A stretch of 64,000 nucleotides of DNA from an uncultured Phycisphaerales bacterium. Its GTDB lineage: Bacteria; Planctomycetota; Phycisphaerae; Tepidisphaerales; Tepidisphaeraceae. Position numbers and translations under genes: made by a program. The notes under the pieces are model-generated. The model saw only the letters and a list, made by a program, of their open reading frames with translations, did not search any database and was not told where the DNA came from. Positions 59,573 through 64,000 of this stretch are shown piece after piece; positions within the stretch are counted from its first letter, which is position 1; each line of letters begins with the position of its first letter. The stretch spans positions 2,944,001 to 3,008,000 of the forward strand of contig CAVWVQ010000003.1 of assembly GCA_963758525.1 (NCBI GenBank). Direction: 5' to 3'.

Positions 59573-62500
59573 ATGCCTCGCAAAAGTCGCCGCGGAAACC
59601 GACCGAATTCTAGGTCGCAGCCCTCCACGCTGCTCGGACATAGCCGGTTTCAAGTCGAACATCTCGAATGCCGCCTTCTCCTGACCATCACGCCGAATCA
59701 AGCGATAACTTTTGTCAACGACACTTGGGGGCTAACGCAGCTTAGTACAGACGCAATATCCCAAACACTGGGCAAGAGCTATTCGCCGCAAGCAGTCAGC
59801 TTTATGACCTTGGTCGATACACTGGTGCATGGAACCTTGATCTCGGACGACATCATTTCTGGACAATATTCGAAGGCCGCGAGCGACGCAGCCAACTGGG
59901 GCATTGATCTTGGTAGTGAGGCCGCCCTTGAAGCAATCGGGTTGGCAGGGGTTGGTGACGTGGCGCAATTGGCCGCGTTTCCTATTCAATTTGGGTTAAG
60001 CGAGTTTTATCAAGCCGTCCAAGATCACTCATTTGGGTACCAGGCGCAGCTTTTCTTCGACGCCGTCGCCGCCGGAAATGACCCGAGCCAAATTATTGCC
60101 GCTGCCAGCAATGATCCTCCTAACGTGCTGGATGGCGATTTCTTTACGACGAGCGAGGGGTGGCTCGTAAATCAGCAGACGAACTATAACACGCCGGCGA
60201 CAACGCTTGGCGGGACGATGACCGCTCCGCAGTTTTTTGAATTGCTTCAAAGCGAGTATGAACTCCTCAACGCGCAACAGGTGCTCTCCGCGAATAGCAA
60301 TCAATTGAAGCTAGCATTTCAGGCGGCGGCGACCACCGCGACACCCGGCGACCCCACTATTCTGAGCGCTTATTCGTCACCTGCGGTTGTATCCGCCGGC
60401 AGCCCAACTTCCATTGCGTATTCAATCAGTGCTCCCACCGCAACGAATGTTTTGCTTGGTGCCAGCCTCCAACCTGTTGGCGGTGGCGCGGAAGTATCGC
60501 TTTCGTACGCACTTGGCCCTGCGGTGCCGTTGCACGCTGGTGGGAACTCGCCCTCGCGACAATACACTGTGCCAGCCGGAACACCCTCCGGTATTTACAA
60601 CCTTGACGTCAAACTCTGGCAGGATGAGAACGGCGATGCGACAATCGACAACGGCGACGTGCAGCTCAGCCAGCTAACAGCACAGAATGCGGTAACCATA
60701 CAGCCAACACAAGTGGTGACGACCGGCCAAGCGATGATTAGCTCCGTAATCCCGCCTTTATCAATTTCGTCTAGCCCGCAAACACTAAAGGTTCTTGGCA
60801 CGGGTTTCAGCTCTTCGTCCACGCTGTCGTTCATATTCAACGGCGGCTCACCGATTCCAAGCACGGCTGCACAATTGCATTGGATTAGTCCGACGGAAAT
60901 CGACTACGATTTCTACACCGGACCATCGCCTGGACGATGGTCTGTTTATGAAACCGATGCCAGCGGTTCATCGGCTCCGTTCGGCTTCAGCGTAGGCGCC
61001 GCCGCGATTGACACAACGCCGCCGACAGCCGCGCTTTACTTTCCGTCTAGCGGGTCTTCTGTCTCGCAGTCAACGCTCAACGCCGGCGGATTTTTCCAGG
61101 TAACGTATTCGGACCTCGGTACCGGCGTGAATACCGCGGCGATCACCAGCAGCGGACCGACGTTCGGACTGCTCGGCTCCGCCGCCGCTGGCGTCACGAT
61201 GCTCCCGTCTCCGCCAACTTTGGTCTCCCGGACCACGTCGACTTACCGCTACGGCTTCACGGGATCGTTTGGGACCGGTGCCGTGACCGTAGGTTTCGTC
61301 GGCGGCGCCTTCCGGGACAATGCCGGAAATGGAAACATTGCAGCAAGTCAGACCTTCACTGTCACTTCGAGTGCCGTGCAAACGGGGGGGCTCCAGGAAA
61401 CGATCACTCCACAGACGGCTATCGCCGCTGGCGCCCAGTGGAGCGTGGACGGCGAGAACTATGTGAACAGTGGGACGGTCATTTCAGGTCTGTCGCCCGG
61501 GACACATACGCTTCAGTTCAAGCCCATCAGCGGGTGGACAACGCCCGCGACGCAGACCGTCACAGTCGCAGCCGGGCAGACAACGCCGTACAGCGCGGTT
61601 TACTCGCAGCAGCAGTCCGGCCCCTACTACTTGAGCGTTCTGTCGGATAACGGCAACGTATACCGCAGTCCCATCGCCTCGTATTACGCTGCTGGAACTA
61701 CCGTTACCCTCGATGCGGCGCCAAATGATGGATACAAATTCAATGGATGGAGCGGCGGTGCCAGCGGAATGCAGAATCCGCTCACCATTACTTTGAATTC
61801 AAATCAGTCAATTACCGCGAATTTCGTGGTAGCGGCCAGCACCTTGGGCGCGATGCAAATAACTATTACGCCGGCGGCCGCGGTGGCGGCCGGCGCGAAG
61901 TGGCGCGTGGGCGGCGGCCCGTGGCTGGACAGCGGAGCAATCGCCACCAATTTATCGATTCCCTGGGCCACCGTGCAGTATCTCGCGGCCCCAGGATTCA
62001 CACAGCCGAATGACGAGTTTGTGCCGACAGTCGCGGGCCAGACAACAGTGATCACTCGCCAGTACGCGGCGTTGCCGCAAGTCGGAAATCTTCAGGTGGC
62101 GATTCCATCGGCGGGAGCGACGGCCGCCGGCGCTATGTGGCGAGTCGATAGCGGCACCTGGTTGAGCAATGGCGCGCTGGTTTCAGGATTGGCCGCTGGA
62201 AGTCATCAGGTGGACTTCGAGCCTGTCCCGGGCTGGATCACTCCCGCGAGCCAGACCATCATGATCCAGACCAATCAGACAACGTTGGCCAGTGGCGACT
62301 ACGCTCCAGCAGGCGGGGCTCCTGCAATCTCGTCGATCGGACCAAACACGGGCCCGCTCGCCGGCGGTACGACGGTCGTCATCACCGGCGTCAATTTCGC
62401 GGCTCCGGCGAGCGTTACGTTCGACGGCATCGCAGCTACGAACGTCACCGTCAATAGTGCCAACCAGATCACGGCAACGTTGCCGGCGCACTCCACGTAC

Positions 62501-64000
62501 GGCACTGTCGGAGTCAGCGTCACCGTCCCGGGCGGCACTGCCACCAGCCCCAATGGCTTTACCTACGTCATCCCGCGCGGTAATGGATTGCAACTTGTCG
62601 GCCAGATCGGCGGAGCCGTCAATGCGGTTGCGGTGCAGGGTTCATACGCCTACATCGGCGAGGGTGATGGGTTCGATGTCGTGAACGTATCCAACCCCTC
62701 TGCGCCGGCCGTCGTCGGTCATATTCCCTTGCCGGCGCTTCCGCAGAACATTGTCGTATCTGGTTCCTATGCATACGTCGCGGACGCAGACGGCGGCTTG
62801 CAGATCGTGGATGTGACCAACCCGTCGGCGCCGGCTGTCAAGGGATTCTACGATCTGGGTAGCGCGACGGGGGTGGCGATAGTTGGAGCGAATGTTTATG
62901 TGGCCGACGGGAGCGCCGGTCTAAATATCTTTGATGTCTCGAATCCGGCAGCGCCGCGCTGCTCTCGACAATCAGCACGGGCGGGGTAGCCAACGACGTG
63001 GCCGCGGGAACTTCAGGGTCGAGCGTGTTTGCTTATGTCGCTGACGGCACGGCTGGGATGCGGATTGTCGACGTGACAACCCCAACGGCTCCGGTGTGGC
63101 GCGGCGTGGTAGCGGGCGACGACGTTACGATTACGCTACAGGGCTCGCGGGTCTATGTCTCTAGCGGTGACATCCAGATCGACGATGTGAGCAATCCGGA
63201 TGCGCCCGCTATTCTCAGCGCATATGCCGGTCTCGGTTCAACCGATCTAGCCCCGTCGAACGGATACATTTATTCTGCGAATGCAGTAGTTCTCGATGTG
63301 TTCAACTTTAGTAATCTCAGCAACCCTACCTATCAGAGTTTCCCAGTCCCTCTCAACGGCCTCATCAATCGACTCGTTGTCTCCGGTAATACAGCTTACC
63401 TGGCTGACGGGAGCGAGGGCTTAGGCGTAGTGAGTTTGTCGAATCCTGCCGCGCCTGTGAATCTCGGGACTTACGTTCCATCCGCGGGCGTTGCTTACGA
63501 TGTAAAGGCGGTGGGCACCAATGCCTACGTGGCGGCCCAGGGGAATCTTCAAACATTCGATGTGTCGAACCCTGCTGGTCTCGTCGCAAGCGGCGATCTC
63601 GCATTCCCGAATATTCGGCACCTTGACGTGGCGAATAATCACGCGTTTCTTGCTGGCTCCGGCGCCGGCCTTGGTATTGCCGACATTTCCAGTCCCAGCA
63701 GCCCTCAACTTATCGCAACAGCCTCGAATTCGACTGGATCGCCAACTGATGTGGCCGTCGCCGGAGGACTCGCATATACCTCCGGGTTCACTCCGACCTC
63801 GGGAGCTGGCTTCGATGTATTTGACGTCTCTAACCCCGGCAGCCCCCAACACGACGGGAATCTCGTCACAAACGCTGCCACCGGCAACGAGGGATACGGA
63901 GTGACGATCAATGGCAGCCTCGCGCTCGTCGCTGAATCGGGCGGAACGTTGCGGATCATTGACGTTAGCAATGCAACCTCCCCGACTTTAATCGCTTCTG
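59573..64000 (+). CDS. Giant secreted protein (partial): LEPR-XLL motif, unknown helical N-domain, Ig-like, PEGA-like, InlB-B-like, IPT/TIG and LVIVD repeats; frameshift ~62957; runs off the window end
   Basis: GGAGG RBS; VEHLECRLLLT; GAQWSVDG..GWTTP; YKFNGWSG..NP; GP.AGGT.V.ITG.NF; AYVA...GL.I.DV.NP repeats continue to 64000. Confidence 0.85.

Noticed and set aside
2117..62990. About 11 frameshifts as pseudogenes or programmed frameshifting
   Set aside because: They are scattered single-base indels, some in short runs, and they hit conserved genes (mnmG, lpxD) whose motifs are otherwise intact. Sequencing or assembly error is the simplest explanation.

Overview
A GC-rich bacterial chromosomal window, most likely Planctomycetota (Phycisphaerae/Tepidisphaera-like). 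This assignment is inferred from five proteins with the planctomycete N-terminal 'E.LE.R.L[L/F][S/T]' (LEPR-XLL) motif, a prenyltransferase-repeat/DUF4175-type pair and lpxD. Bases 1-48,100 are mostly housekeeping and metabolic genes: mnmG, lpxD, a SAM-I riboswitch-controlled ThrC-family gene, adk, pgsA, uppP, an M29 aminopeptidase, a sufS-sufE fusion with sufT, deoC, fba, and GH57, GH95 and GH71/99-like hydrolases. Bases 48,700-64,000 hold three giant modular surface proteins. About 11 single-base frameshifts, including in mnmG and lpxD, point to long-read indel errors rather than pseudogenes. No rRNA, tRNA, CRISPR array or transposase was seen. The most notable observations are: (1) at least eight families of palindromic REP-like or short-repeat elements, three of which read in frame at the N-terminus of translationally coupled genes; (2) a coupled two-gene toxin-antitoxin-like module abutting an FKBP gene remnant; (3) a SAM-riboswitch/ThrC-paralogue unit followed by an L,D-transpeptidase-motif gene; (4) a candidate anti-Shine-Dalgarno sRNA; and (5) domain shuffling among the LEPR-XLL surface proteins. 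All family assignments come from motif recognition by eye; no searches were run.
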